A stretch of DNA of 60,996 nt, counting the filler, from Hausera hauseri (lineage: Eukaryota), in assembly GCA_046269625.1 (NCBI GenBank). It is 12 parts of 12 records of this genome, joined end to end, with 100 filler letters (N's around TTAATTAATTAA, not from the genome) between each part and the next. Parts side by side here need not be neighbours in the genome. Positions count along the whole stretch, not along the records: positions 1 to 6,593 come from JBJURY010083325.1; positions 6,694 to 11,273 come from JBJURY010519236.1; positions 11,374 to 15,983 come from JBJURY010506130.1; 9 more parts are not named here. One strand, 5' to 3'. A model generated the notes under the pieces. That model did no database searches. It saw only the letters and a list, made by a program, of their open reading frames with translations, and was not told the DNA's origin. Shown in pieces: positions 1-13,189 of this stretch. The first letter of the stretch is position 1. Each line of letters begins with the position of its first letter. Made by a program: the position numbers and the translations under genes.

Positions 1-1251
1 GAGGCCAACAACAAGTATATGGCTGAATACGACTCAACAAAGGAGTCATCATATATTTCCTACCTGGATGCCAACAACTTGTATGGATCGGCAATGAGCG
101 CCCCATTGCCATATGATAACCTCAAGTGGGTTGAGCATCCTCAAAACATTCCCATACTGGACCTGGATCCCACTAGAGATACGGGATACATAGTTGAGGT
201 GGATATAGAATATCCGGCTACTATCCACACAAGGCATCAACAGCTGTCTCCTTCCTGAGAGCAAACCTCCGCCTCCTGGAAAGCATAGAAAGCTGCTCTG
301 CCATCTGGATAGTAGGGAGAGGTATGTAGTCCACTACATAAATCTCTTGCTAGCTGTTAGACATGAACTCCGCATTACTATGATTCATAGAGCCCTGCAG
401 TTCAGCCAGTCCATGTGGCTGCAGTCCTACATAGATCTTAGTACGAAGCTGCGGACAAATGCCAAGAACGATTTTGAGAAGGAACAGTTTAAGCTTTACA
501 ATAACAGCGTTTTTGGAAAGATTATGGAGAATATCCGCAACAGGATCAACATTGAACTGGTCTCCGAGTGGAAGGGGGCAAAGTAGCTCATTGCCAAGCC
601 CAACGTCCACAGCAGCACCATGTATTTTGAGAACTTGGTTAGCATCCATATGCTGAAAACATCGTTGCAATTCAACAAGCCCATATGTAGGTATGGCAGT
701 ACTGGACATGTCAAAGACCCTGATGTACAAATTCCACTATGACATTGATCCCCACGTGCAAGTCTATACAGCTGATGTATATAGATACTGATAGTTTTAT
801 TTATCCGATCCCTACTGAGACCATTTATGAGGACTTTGCTAAGTTGTCACAGCATATGGATACGTCTGACTATGCGAAGAAGCATCCCAACTATTCAATT
901 ATCAACAAGAAAGTCCTTGGGATATTCAAAGACGAGGTAAATGGGACAATCGTCTCGAGATTTTTAGCTCTTGGGTCCAAAATGTGTGCGATTGATGTAT
1001 GTGGTCAGTTCAAAAAGAGAACTAAGGGCGTTCAAAGGGCTACCTTAGCCAAGAAGATCACTTTTGCGGATTATGTGAGAGTTCTGCATGATCAGACTTA
1101 CATCATATCAGAGATGCGAAGGATCCAGTCTAGGGATCATAACATTGAGACAGTAGCACTACAGAAGAACAACCTAGATCGGATGGACGACAAAAGGCAA
1201 ATCCTGGGTGATGGAATTCATACACTACCTCACGAATATGTGGCATTGTAA
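1..1251 (+). pseudogene. Polinton/Maverick (adintovirus-like) protein-primed family B DNA polymerase, C-terminal half, disrupted
   Basis: Motifs YLDANNLYG (A), KLYNNSVFGK (B), YIDTDS (C), KxxKGV and the terminal DDKR, spread over ORFs 19-258, 347-586 and 739-1251 with stops and frameshifts; AATAAA near 1279. Confidence 0.93.
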
Positions 1252-1429
1252 ATATGTACATATTGTTATTATTTGTTTAATAAATGTTGTATAGAAATAT
1301 CGTGTTGTCTCCTTGATCAAGTAATGTGGAATATAGGATAAGGCCAAGAAAAATAAGTAACTACTATGTAGGATAAGGCCAGCTAATTTCATAACACATT
1401 TATTTCATAACAATATAACTTTAGCATAA

Positions 1430-2290
1430 CGCTAAACATTTTTATATTGTGTCTGTGTGCGTTCCTGTAAAATGAAGTAATTTTGGAAATGAATTGTCTA
1501 AAATATATGTCGTGTGTTTGTCTGTGTGTTGGTCTGCCTGTGTGTGTGGGTGGGTAAAATGCCAGTAACTTGAGAAATGAATGATTAAGATGTGTCTTCT
1601 GAGTGTGATTGTGTGCGTGTGTGTCTGTGTAAAATGTAAGTAACCTGAGAAAAGGTATAGCTCAGATATGTTTGTATGCTTGTAAATGCTTATAATATGT
1701 AAGTAACCTGAGAAAAGCTATAGCTCAGATATGTCTGTATGCTTGTCTGCGCTTGTAAAATGTAAGCTACCTGAAAAAAATTATAGCTTAGATATGTCTG
1801 TGTTTGCCTGTGTGGGTGTATGTAAAATGCAACTAACTTGGGAAAACGTATAGCTGAGATATACGTCGTGTGTGTGCATGTTTTTGTGCTGGTATAATGA
1901 AGTAACTTGGGAAATGAATTGGCTATGATATGTCTCTGTGTAAGTGGGTATTTTTGTGCATGTATGTTTGTGTGCATCTGTGTGCGGGTATAATTAATTT
2001 GCTGTGATGTCTGTATGTGCGAGCGCATGTGTGTATGTGTAAATTACAACTAATATAGGCAATATTTAGCTAATGTGAATAATATGAGTAATAAAATTAA
2101 TACGGGTAATACAAGTAATATGGGTAATCTGCAGGTGCTATATATGTAATATGCTGGTAATATAGCTAATTGAGATGAACTATAAGGTAATATATGTCCC
2201 ATCAATGTAATTAAAATGAAACTAATCAATACATTATTAAATTCAATAATCAATAGACTCATCAATACACTCATCAATAAATCAATACAA
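1430..2290. repeat. Degenerate tandem repeat (~60-70 bp unit) plus low-complexity TAATAT/ATCAAT tracts
   Basis: Recurring GTAAAATGTAAGTAACCTGAGAAA...TATAGCTCAGATATGT followed by TG-rich spacers. Confidence 0.75.
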
Positions 2291-3340
2291 CGAAAGTTTA
2301 TGACATTGGTATGCCGTTGTGCTGCAATGTTGGGGATTGGGGCTGCAGCTGTGAACTGGACGCAGGATCGCTTTAAAGTCGCAATAGATAACTATTGGGA
2401 CCACGATCTTTTTCTCGAACGCTTTGAATTCAATGTAGTCCTTCTTGTGAAATTCTGGCCTGATACAATAATTGTTGTTACTGTACATGTTGTACTCTGC
2501 AAGCTTGTCCACGGCCTCATCGCCGCTGAAATGGGAAAAACATCGTTTGCATATGTCGATTCTTGTTGTGTGTTTCGTAATTTGAAATCTGACAAGACGT
2601 TCAAAGTTCTTGATCCAAACAATGTTTCTTTTCCCCATCGTCTAGTAGGAGCAGATCCCTATGATCTTCCAACTCAACATCGCATATCTGCAGGGGATAG
2701 AATTTGTCCTTATCATCCAATCCAATGATGCTGATGGATATATTGTTTATTCGACTGAACTTGTTGACTTCATCTATGGATGGCGGGAACTTAATACATT
2801 GGAAGTCCTAGTTGTGATGCACATCCTTATATAGCCAAACTTGTGAAGCATTATGTTTATCCCGTACGAGTTTTGATAGAATGACATACATGAAACACAT
2901 GTTGTCGTTATTATGGACCTTGACACATGCTTTGTTATTAGGGATCCAATCAGGGAGCTAAATATATGAACTACCCGCATGAGAGAGTACTTGTGAACAT
3001 ACACAAGCAATCTATTAATGGTTGCTAGAGTCCATCCGCTCTTCTTATCCTGGCTCTACTCGGCTTCACGAACCAGCTTCTCGTGCGCCTCTTGCATCCA
3101 TTCTGTTATATTGGTGTTTTTCAATATGGGTCTATTTTTGGTCTTGAAAGCCCTATTGGATTCTTCACCGTCAACATTGATGTATGTGGCCTCCAGTTTC
3201 ATATTCACCTTAAGGGCTTTGAGCTCGACCGTGCTGTCCTGAAGAATTCCTTCACTCTCGTCCTTTGTGTATAAGAGGAAGTCTTGGAGGGTTGTTTGAT
3301 CAGTTGCCTCAATAACATATCTGCGGCATTTTCACTTTAA
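2282..3340 (-). pseudogene. Polinton pPolB N-terminal region (up to exonuclease I motif), disrupted
   Basis: Minus-strand translation gives GWTL, SSYI*LPDWI..KACVKVHNNDNMCF, WIKNFERL...ICKRCF and VPIVIYCDFKA, which are typical of Polinton pPolB N-termini. Confidence 0.85.
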
Positions 3341-3544
3341 TGCAGCAGCATCAACTGGCCGCTGTCTTTGGCTTTTGGATGGAGCCGGTACGTCCGATAT
3401 GGCCGTGTCTGATGCTGCTGCGCAAGATGCGGCTGTGCGTCTCAATTTTCTAATATGCTTCACAGCTGCTGCACAGATCCAGCAGCATAATGCGAGGCAG
3501 AATACCTCGAATCAGATTCATCAATATTATGTTGCTCATTATAG

Positions 3545-4010
3545 ATGGCCTTCTTTGATTTTGATGCAAATTGACTCAAATTATGTTTGTGATCATAATA
3601 GAATTGTATGTAATCTGCACCGCATACAGTCTCGCATCCCGGACATATATAATATTGGATCCTTTTGGATTTGTGTCAATAATACCGCTGCATCGTTTCA
3701 TGACACTGTTGCGAATTATGTGCTTTGGATTTGCAATAAGCATAGGAACCGCGCATATGATTTGCTTTTGGGACACTTGTTGTCATTGGTATATTACATG
3801 TTGAGTATTTCTTTCTTCGATTTTGTAAATGAATCTAGATGCTGTTTATGCTGGTTGTAAAATTCCTCGTAACCGGTCCGGCACACTACCTCACATGCAG
3901 GACACACATAGTATTGAATCCTGTTGTATTAGTATCCAAAATAATGCTGCATTACACTGTGGTAATTCTGCTCCTCGTGTTTCTGCGCCATGCAAAGTTT
4001 GTAGAAGTTG
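3545..4010 (-). pseudogene. Two tandem copies of a Cys/His-rich domain upstream of pPolB
   Basis: Copy 1: LCMAQKH..HSVMQHYFG..YYVCPACEVVCRTGYEEFYNQHKQHLDSFTKSKKEIL. Copy 2: YCKSKAH..CHETMQRYY..YYICPGCETVCGADYIQFYYDHKHNLSQF. Similar to ORF 56388-56750. Confidence 0.7.
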
Positions 4011-4159
4011 CAAATCTAAACAAACCAATTATTTGAGGGCACAATTAAAAGACTCACTATACGTGGAATTGATTTTGTAAATAATGAAATATATTGCCAT
4101 CTCAACACACACTGCCTCGTTTATAGAATTTTTGTTTATTTTCTAACATTCTAGAACAC

Positions 4160-5320
4160 TTTGTTTTAATGCATCAAATGAATTAACTGCACGTTGGCGA
4201 CAAATTCGATTTAAATATAGGTTTTCATATATGGAGATTCGAATTACGTCATTAGATTCTTCGAACGATGTATTCCTAACCAAATATTCGAGTTCTAATC
4301 GATAATTATTCGCGTTTTAAGCTCGATATCAAATATTTGACATCATATTCCTAATCACAATATACATGTTCCTATCTATCTGTGCTTGAAGATTTGTTGA
4401 TTTCAATGTGCTTTACCTTCAAATTCACCTCAATTGCTTACTCAATACAAGAATTACTTATTATTTATTAAGTACTTTTACCATATTGGTAAACCTTGTT
4501 TTATACACCGCAGTGCACTGCACCGCGCCGATATTGATTGCTCTATATGTTTCCACCCATGGGGAATCAAATGACGCCATTAGATTCTTCGTATAATGCA
4601 TTCTTGATCGAGTTTTCGAATTCGAATAGCTAATTATTCGATTTCAAATAATTTATTCGAATATCTAACACCAGATTCAGATTCATTATATATTGTGTCT
4701 ATCTATGTGCACTATTAGATTTTTCGATTTTAGTGTGTTTCACCTCCAATTTTACGCTCACTTGTGCAATCAAAATAAGCACCGTTTAATTACTTAGTAT
4801 TTTTTATGTACCTTTTGCTCGTTATTAAACATTGTTTTAATACACCGAGGTGCGCTGCACCGCGCCGATATTGATTGTCTTATAGGTTATCCAGAATGAA
4901 GAATCGACTGAACTCATTAGATTTTTTGAATAAACCATGCTTGACCGAGTTTTCGAGTTTGAATAGCTAAATATTCGATTTGTAAGTTCGAATTCGAATA
5001 TATAACATCATATTCCGATTCAACATACATGACCTCCTATCCCGCCCCGCTATTAGATGTATCGATTTCCGCTTTACTGGGCGTTAAATGCACATTTTGC
5101 ATAATTCGAAATATTGATTTTGTATCTATATAGTACATTTTCATAGAAATAATTTTTATGTATTAGGGAGTTCTCATATATGAAGAATTGATGGCCATTG
5201 TTAGATTTTTTGTATAGTTCGATATTCGATATTCGGGCCAAACAATTTTCAAATTTCGAATATTCGACTCGATATTCAAGATCGCCATAGTCGATTTCCT
5301 ATCTGTTGCCGCTTATTATA
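4160..5320. repeat. ~340-bp degenerate tandem repeat (3 copies plus a partial), subterminal to a Polinton end
   Basis: TACACCG..GTGC.CTGCACCGCGCCGATATTGATTG near 4503 and at 4841; CGAGTTTTCGA..T.GAATAGCTAA.TATTCGATTT near 4608 and 4946; a more diverged copy at 4160-4500. Confidence 0.8.
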
Positions 5321-5524
5321 ATATTGAATTTTTCTTCCTTATGGAATAGAAACCTATGGGGAGTCTGTCCCAGTTGTACTTGGATCGATATTATTCAAAA
5401 TCGGCTAGAAAAATTTAAATTCTAACTGCACATTCATAGAGTGCATCGTATTTCTAATTGATTACACCCGGTCACATGTCATAATCATCAATATTGGAAA
5501 TATCGGAAATCCGATATTATTGAT

Positions 5525-5669
5525 TTTTGCACACTTGCACATGTGCTGCACACCTGCACAGTGCACCAATAGATTTGCACTGATGTGCACTATCGATAAC
5601 ACGTTCACTATCGATTTGTCGACGCGCACACCCCCGGGGGTGGGACAAAATCCCCATTTTTCCCCTACT
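5525..5669 (-). mobile_element. Probable Polinton terminal inverted repeat end (...CCCCTACT)
   Basis: Reverse complement begins AGTAGGGG, matching the termini at 6333 and 16224; preceded by TGCAC repeats and palindromes; pPolB reads inward from it. Confidence 0.6.
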
Positions 5670-6332
5670 CCATTGATTCTATAGAAATATGCAATACACC
5701 CTAAATGGATTCATTGCTGAAAAGTTATAACTTCTGGAAGGATAATGCTTACTGGTATAAGGCGAAATGTAGATCAGAATAATAAGTTTAATATAAGAAT
5801 AACAATTCAGTATTCCAGTTACCATTTATACTACTAACAAATAATAAGTAAATAATAAGTAAGAATAAGTATTTTTGTAAAATATTATTCGACAGTAGTT
5901 TAAATTACAAAAGCTAGCTACTTTTTTACTTCTCCAAAATGTAACTGTGGTAAACGTTAATGGTTTAGAGTACAGGCTACATACAATATTAATCGATATT
6001 TGTATTGATTGAATACCATTTGGTCCAGCAAAGTTCATTTGGAAACAGTTAGCGCTATACTTCATGGACACAATTTTATGAATCATTTGAATTTGACTGT
6101 ACGAAATTCAATTGTATATTTAATTATAGTCAAGTGAATTTCTGTTTTTCCTTTTGACTTATTTGAGGAAATGTTTTACTCTTCCCACGTTTTATAGGCG
6201 TGAATCATCAGTCCTTTCTTAAATTAACAACACCGCAACTGAAAGCAACTAGACAACAGGGGGTATCTGTTCTCGAAACGATATTTTTTACCTACGTATT
6301 TCTCAACAAAATCGGCCAAATAATAAGTTGCA

Positions 6333-6420
6333 AGTAGGTAGAAGTGAGGACACTCCAACAACCCTCCTCCTGCGGAGGAAAGATGGATGTGGTTCGCGGA
6401 TGAGGCATGGGGTAGAAAAA
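6333..6420 (+). mobile_element. Probable Polinton terminus (AGTAGGTAGAAGTGAGGACACT...)
   Basis: Near-identical to the reverse complement of 16190-16224 (AGTAGGGGGAAGTGAGGACACTGCACCAACCC). Confidence 0.55.
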
Positions 6421-6593
6421 ATGGTACGCACACGCACGTTTAATAGAGCGGAGATTGGCGGCTGGGAGTTGTGTATGTGTGTATGAGAAGCAAGTGTACT
6501 GCATGGATTCAAGGTGGACTTAAAATTTAAATTTCGCTCCAACAATTTTTTTCTTTAAATTTTGGGTAGTGAAAAATTGCTGTATTTTGTGCC

Positions 6594-6693
6594 NNNNNNN
6601 NNNNNNNNNNNNNNNNNNNNNNNNNNNNNNNNNNNNNTTAATTAATTAANNNNNNNNNNNNNNNNNNNNNNNNNNNNNNNNNNNNNNNNNNNN
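6594..6693. other. Artificial assembly linker N44-TTAATTAATTAA-N44 (also at 11274, 15984, 20172, 24865, 30160, 34409, 41140, 45720, 52646, 56837)
   Basis: Identical 100-bp structure 11 times; the core places stop codons in all six frames. Confidence 0.97.
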
Positions 6694-7679
6694 GACCCTT
6701 TTTCTCAAAATTGCATTAGTTTAGGGTGAGGAATTTCTGTTGATTATCTATTCCTCTCGTATGTTTGGTACATCGCTCAGTAATAGGTATGGTATTCCAG
6801 TTATATTTCACACATTATAAACAATGCTTTTGTTCACATTTCTCGAAATCTTCCATTCTGTCAATCTTTATGAAATCGTCATTATTGGCATCACGATCCA
6901 CTGACCACCTATGTGATAAGATGACCGGACTGGACTGGTCTTTCACTATCTTCTTGGACATCTCTATGCCTATATCCAGAGCTGGATTAACCTATTAGTT
7001 AGTTATTTAATCGTCGGGTCATCATCATTACACACTGGACAAGTCCATAGGTGCTCCGATTTTATTCTCAGTATATCCGCCAGCACGTAACAACTGATAG
7101 TTCCAGTTCTGTGTTAGTTAACAAATTGTCTCCTATTCCCACAGTGACGTTCATATATAGCAGCACCTATAAGAACACTAACCACTTGCTTAGGGCGCCA
7201 CAGAAATGTTCTGTAGCCGAATTTACCATGGTCCACTGGCCACATAGTGCAATACTGCAAATGTTGCGGCTGAACCAGGATCCGCAAAATTGGCCCCCAC
7301 ATTAAATTGAAAAACTGCATACATATAGATACAATAATAGCAATATACACTAAGAGCATTCAGAGAGTGCAGACCTCCGCTGTGATGGGACATGTGAACA
7401 ATGATGGTGGAAAAAGATCAAACTACAGTAATAACGAAGTCAACAACTCTTTAGAAAAGGAAGTACGGAAGACTGAAAGAAGAAATATGATACTGAAGTC
7501 ATGAATCTGGAATAAAACTAGCTTCCAGAGGTATTTACCTATAAGTCTGTTGAACTGTACGATTCAAGAACATTCTTGTGAAAATACTAATTTCATTGTG
7601 ATTAATTTTGTGTTAAGTTTTATGACGACGTTAGAATCACTAAGGTGTCACTAGCGCATGTCTCATTACTGATCTCCCT

Positions 7680-9077
7680 TTGCCTGCAAATTTTCTTGAT
7701 CCCTTTACTGCAAACGTTGATTCAAGTTACTTTTCAATACATTTTGGGGTTGAAATAATTGCTGAAAATGAAAGTTTAGTGGACCATGGCGATGATGGTG
7801 AAATTATTCTGTCTGCAAAAGATGAAGTAAATCACAATGTAGCAAAGGATCCAGGGTTGTGGCTTGATTTTTGTGTGTGGCTAATTGGATTGTTTGTGGA
7901 CCCAGTGACTGTCATCACCACAATGGACTATTTGATAAGCCTTCCGGCATTTCAGAAGTGACCAAAAAATTGACCCATAAACCTTGTGGTGCTTAGGGGC
8001 GTCAGCAAGAGACGCCAACGTTTCAATGGCCCCATTAAAACACAACAGATCGTGAGTGGAATCCTGCTTTGTTTCGATCCCCCTATCATCGGATTCCAAG
8101 GCGAGAGTTCTAACAACTGAGGACCCCTACCTCAGTAGTGCCAAACCAGTGAGGCATTGTTCACAGAGACTTTTTGATGGGACAAAAACCATTGGTAAGA
8201 AATACAAGAGCGAGTGGTTACTCACCCCATTAGCACGATCCGTTTATTATTTTGTTTGTAAACGGTTTGCTCCTAAACATTCCTCGACTTTTGTTACAAG
8301 AGAAGTGTTCAGTGACTGGCGAAATACTGTTATAACTGATAATCATGAAAAAAAAGGCACTACTCGCCGAGACTCTATGCTAACATACTTAACTCGCAGA
8401 CAAGGTGTGGGGTTGGAGAAACAAATTCAACATGGTGATTACTGGGAACATGACTCGAGGCGTGTCATAGCTGTAATTCCTATGTTAGCTGGACGTGGCT
8501 TGGCTTTTCGAGGAAAAGGAGAAAGGTTTGGATCATTGCAAAATGTGAATTTTTTTAGGTTGCTTGAGCTCATAATTCAGTCTGATCCATTTTTGGCAGG
8601 CCACATTTCGAAAAATGAAAATTCTGGCAAAGGAAGTCCTTCTTACCTGTCCTAAACCACTTGTAAGTAACTCATTTAACTAATGGCGCAACAGGTGCAT
8701 GCGCTCATTGTTGACGAAGTAAAATCTTCATTTTCTCATTTGAAGTATATTAAAAATCCCAAATGCAAAAGGCAGGATGGCTTAATATCTATTATGTACA
8801 GAAGCAGATGTGTTACATAAGACTGGCTTTGAGGATCTGATAAAAGACTTCGCAATTAAAGAACGTAGGAGAGAACTTTGTTTTAAAATATAAATAAAGT
8901 GGAAGTCTACAAAATCAAACATCATTTTCCATCTGACTGTCTGTTTTTGTTTAATTTCTATAAATACAATGGTATTGTAAGGTTTATTATTGTTTATATT
9001 TCTAATTACACATTTATGGAGGGGGCACCACAATCTTGTAAGTGCTTACGGCATCTGTGGTTTTTAATCCGGCCCTG
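7680..9077 (+). mobile_element. hAT DNA transposon (ZMYM1-like transposase), internally deleted
   Basis: KDPGLW, EWL..SVY.FVC, FSDW, LAGRGLAFRG...NF.RLLELI..DP.LA.H...SYLS. Jumps near 8730 to a C-terminal dimerisation-like segment (FSHLKYIKN...LIKDFA). Right TIR ...AATCCGGCCCTG ends at 9077. Confidence 0.85.
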
Positions 9078-11373
9078 TCTCTATGCATACTATCTCCAGC
9101 ACTATTTAACATCTTCCTAGAAAAAAAATCATGCCTGATACATTAGACGATTCAATTCTTGTCCGAGATTTTCAAGCTGTCTGCTAGGAAGGCCCCAAAT
9201 ATCTTCTATGATGGTTACCGTATCGCGGAGTTTTCCCAAGTTTGTTAAATCGTAAGCTATGATCTTCGTTTATCTTGGTNNNNNNNNNNNNNNNNNNNNN
9301 NNNNNNNNNNNNNNNNNNNNNNNNNNNNNNNNNNNNNNNNNNNNNNNNNNNNNNNNNNNNNNNNNNNNNNNNNNNNNNNNNNNNNNNNNNNNNNNNNNNN
9401 NNNNNNNNNNNNNNNNNNNNNNNNNNNNNNNNNNNNNNNNNNNNNNNNNNNNNNNNNNNNNNNNNNNNNNNNNNNNNNNNNNNNNNNNNGAGTTCTGGGA
9501 GGGAAGTAGAAAAGACACTGTAAGTAATACACTTTGTTTTACTGCTGACCTTATTAATTTCATTCTTTTGATGACCAGAACTGGACCAGAGACCTTAAAC
9601 GTGTCACCTGGTTGTATTACTGACTCGGTAATCACCTCCTGGCAGGTGTAACTTTGATAGAAGATTCTAGACAAGCCACTTTGTTGGTTAAAGGTCTCGG
9701 ACCAGGAAAAAAACGCATAAGAGACTTTGTAACTATAATTATGATGACTGTTACATAATTTCTTTTTTTAATCATGCTTATCTTACCTTTATGTTAATGA
9801 TGTGATAGTTTGATAGCTGATTGATAATAAATATTTACCCGTTTATTTGACATTTTAATTGAAGTTATTGGTCTTTTGCAGTCTTGCAGTGTCACATATT
9901 TAGTTGATTAGTGGAATAATCGTAGGGGGGTTTATTTTGTTCACTCTCGAGAGGGGAATCTGCAGTTCTTGCTGAGATACTGCCAAAATCCTTATTGGTT
10001 TTATGATCTTCTGCTTCTATTTATCGTCTGAATTCTGAAGCCGTCTCTACGTCATCATCTGACCCTTCAGGTGAAAATCGTTAAAGTAGTCATCATTCAG
10101 CATGCTTTTTTTCTTTCTCGTTTTTCTCTTTCCTTCTGATGTCCCGCCCATCGCGGTCATGGCAATCTCTTCCTGGTCCTTCCCAAGAATATGTCCAATT
10201 CATCTTCATCGTCATTTTTTTTAATCTATGTATGTCTATCTCTTTGTCCGTTTCGGGTGAAGAGTTCCTGATGAATAATGGTCTGTTGCTAGAATACTCT
10301 GTGAAGTTTTCTTAGGCATTTGTGTGGAATGACAACAACTTTGACATTTCCCTCTGCTCTCCAACTCTCTCATCCATACAGCAACACTGACATCAAGCTG
10401 CTCTGATATATTTCGATTTCGTCTGAGTGATGATTTCCAATTCTTGTTTAGTCCAGAGAAGGTTGCTCTTGCTGTGCTTATTCTACTTATGATGGCGTCC
10501 TTGCTTGTTCCACCACCTGGTGTCTCTTTGGTATGTGTTATATTCTTGATTTCTTTAGCAATTAGTGTTGGGTTTCAACACACCTACCTCGCTTTATCGT
10601 TGACTTCATTACTGTGAATTAACGGCTTTATGACTAGTATGGCGCACGATTATTATTATTATTAATATTATGAAAGATAATGCGATTTAATTTTGATATT
10701 CATGATCAATGTATACCTTTGGTCATTGCTTGAGATTGTTTTTAATATGCGAGGTCTGATTATCCATCTGCAATTGACTTTTGTCTCCAATAAAAAAGCA
10801 AATATCATTGAATCCTTCTTCAAGACTTTCTCTGTAAATAAATAAATATGGTCTGTCTTCGATAGTAACTGTTTGGCGATATTTAGTTCAATCGAAGGGT
10901 CAACATCTTGGCATGTGGATATGTATCCATAACTTCTCCGTTCTTCTTCATTCTGGAGGATCTTAGCTGTGTGCAATTGTCAGTTGCACCGGTGAGCGCC
11001 GTGTAGGTTGAATAGACATTTCCTGGAATTTCGCTTCGACAGTGACTGTTAGGCCTACTCTTTTTCGATTCCCAAATTCCAAGGGATTTTTAACGTGAAC
11101 GATGGACATCCGATTCCACTACCCAGAGATCCGGGAATTTATTACTAGAAGATCCAGAAGAAAAAATCCCCCAAATATACCTCTAGCATTCGCGGCGGAC
11201 GTCTTATAGAGAAACCACTGAGCCCCCGATTCGCGATATATATATCATTTCTATAATCTATTGTCATTTTTGANNNNNNNNNNNNNNNNNNNNNNNNNNN
11301 NNNNNNNNNNNNNNNNNTTAATTAATTAANNNNNNNNNNNNNNNNNNNNNNNNNNNNNNNNNNNNNNNNNNNN

Positions 11374-13110
11374 CAGTAATACTGTCCGTAAAGCACTAGT
11401 AATAAAATATGTCGCTAGGAAACCAAAAGCTGCTTGGCCGAAGTATAAGGACTTTCCCCACATATTCTCCATAACATTTCTTGTTACTTTCTTTAGGTAA
11501 TCCTTATCCATTAAATTTTTTCATTGTGGTGATCCTTCACCATTTCCCATTACCTTCCTAATTAGTTCTGTTATAACTCTTTGTCTCTGTTGGGGAAACA
11601 ATAACATTCGTCGGAAATCTTCTAGATTTTGTTGCGTATAAATTCCTCCTTGCGATATTCCTGTTAATGGTTCAAACTTCTGATTCCTCTGTAAATTAAC
11701 CAAGCTTAACATCTCTGGTTTAGATAACAGTTCTCTTTTTGGCATTCTATTCCATTTATCATTATCGATTTTAAACATGGGCGACATATTGAAGGTACAA
11801 TTATATAGCGGAGTAGGATTTGTATTAACGTCTTACAGTATTCTTGTCACCAGCATCACGTACCTTGGTTCTGCATGATAAACTATGGCAATTCAGTTGT
11901 GCATTCTTCCGTTGGCCTAATTGATACTTCTGCCTTTTTGCACTCTATAGTTATTAACACCTCGCCCATTACTCTTCCAATAATTCCGTTGCCAAAGGGC
12001 ATCATTAGCGCTACCATATTTGAATTGGTTATCACCAAGGCCATTTTATTTCGTATTATTTCATAATTTAGCTTACATTCTTTCATTATTATTTCTCGAT
12101 ATAACCCTTTATCTCTTTCCTTACATAGTTGATTAGGAAATCAATCTTATTATTAAACTTAATATTATTATTAAACCTTATATCTTCCTTATCTATTTTG
12201 GTTTTTGCAACAGGTATTTCTTTTGATGATAAGAAAATACCCTTATAGGTATTTCTCGATATTTCTTCACTACGTCTATTTACTTATCCAGTGACTTTGA
12301 ATCGCATCATTTCCTCTTGGTTTTCCGAATATACTATTGTAGCTACCACCGTCACCTTGACTTCTTTTGTTCCTTCTTTATATGTCGCTGTCTCCTTTTC
12401 AGCCGTTTTCCCACTGTCTTGTTAAATTTTCCTTATTTCAACAACGTTAGTTGACATTTGCTGGCGGACGTTTTCCATATCATTTTTGACTTTCCGGTAT
12501 CGCATTCGCCATTATCATATTCACAGTCACTCATGATTGTCATTAATTTTGTTTGTGAGTCAAATAATCCTTCGTATTCCTTCAATTAGATCTGATAATC
12601 TTCTATAGCTACCGTTGTAGGTGCAATAATACCTCCAACGTCATAATCCACTCCTTTGCAAGTGTCTTCCCTTGTTTTATCTATCCTTTCTGCTCTAAAA
12701 ATTCTGATATACCTTATTCTATTCCGAAATGCCGGTATATGCGCATTTTGAATAGTTATTATACCAATCTTAAAGGCATCCTGACATTCCGCTCGTGATA
12801 TTATTATTGGCTCAAAAGGTGTTGTAGGCTCGATGATGGCCGAATTTTTAGAGTAATAGGCACAATTAAACAGGAAAAATGATCTCTTGACGTAAAATTC
12901 CCTAACTTTCACTTTCATAAATTCAGATTCCTGATAAACCCAATATGTGAGGCCACTTGTCGTTGTTAACTGTTTTGGGTCGGCTTCTGGACATTTCTCC
13001 AAATCAACTAATGAATACTTTTGCCCTTCGCTAGGTTTTGAGCAATCATAGACCATTATGCCTACGGCTTTTGGCATAAATAAGGACGTTATTATAGGAT
13101 CTGGAGGATT
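11374..13110 (-). pseudogene. env: Envelope glycoprotein, chuvirus-G / herpes gB-like class III fusogen type
   Basis: Signal-like ILQIL/IITSLFMPKAVG, then IMVYDCSKP...SLVDLEKC, SRAECQDA, CEYDNGEC, GEVLITIECKKAEVSIRPTEECTTELP, GIYTQQNLEDFRRMLLFP and a TM-like WGKSLYFGQAAFGFLATYFI. Confidence 0.8.
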
Positions 13111-13189
13111 TCGTTTATTGAAATTCCTGTTATACTTGGCCTAGAGGTGTTCGGCTGAGTTAAAATCGACGTATCTATTAATCTTTGTT

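Noticed and set aside
1690-2277. ORFs 1690-2028 and 2050-2277
   Set aside because: Translations of simple repeats.
9490-11273. Possible coding remnants, a VKGLGPG motif (ribosomal S11-like) and a PBS-like GGGGGCTCA near 11220
   Set aside because: Matches are too short, with no supporting context.
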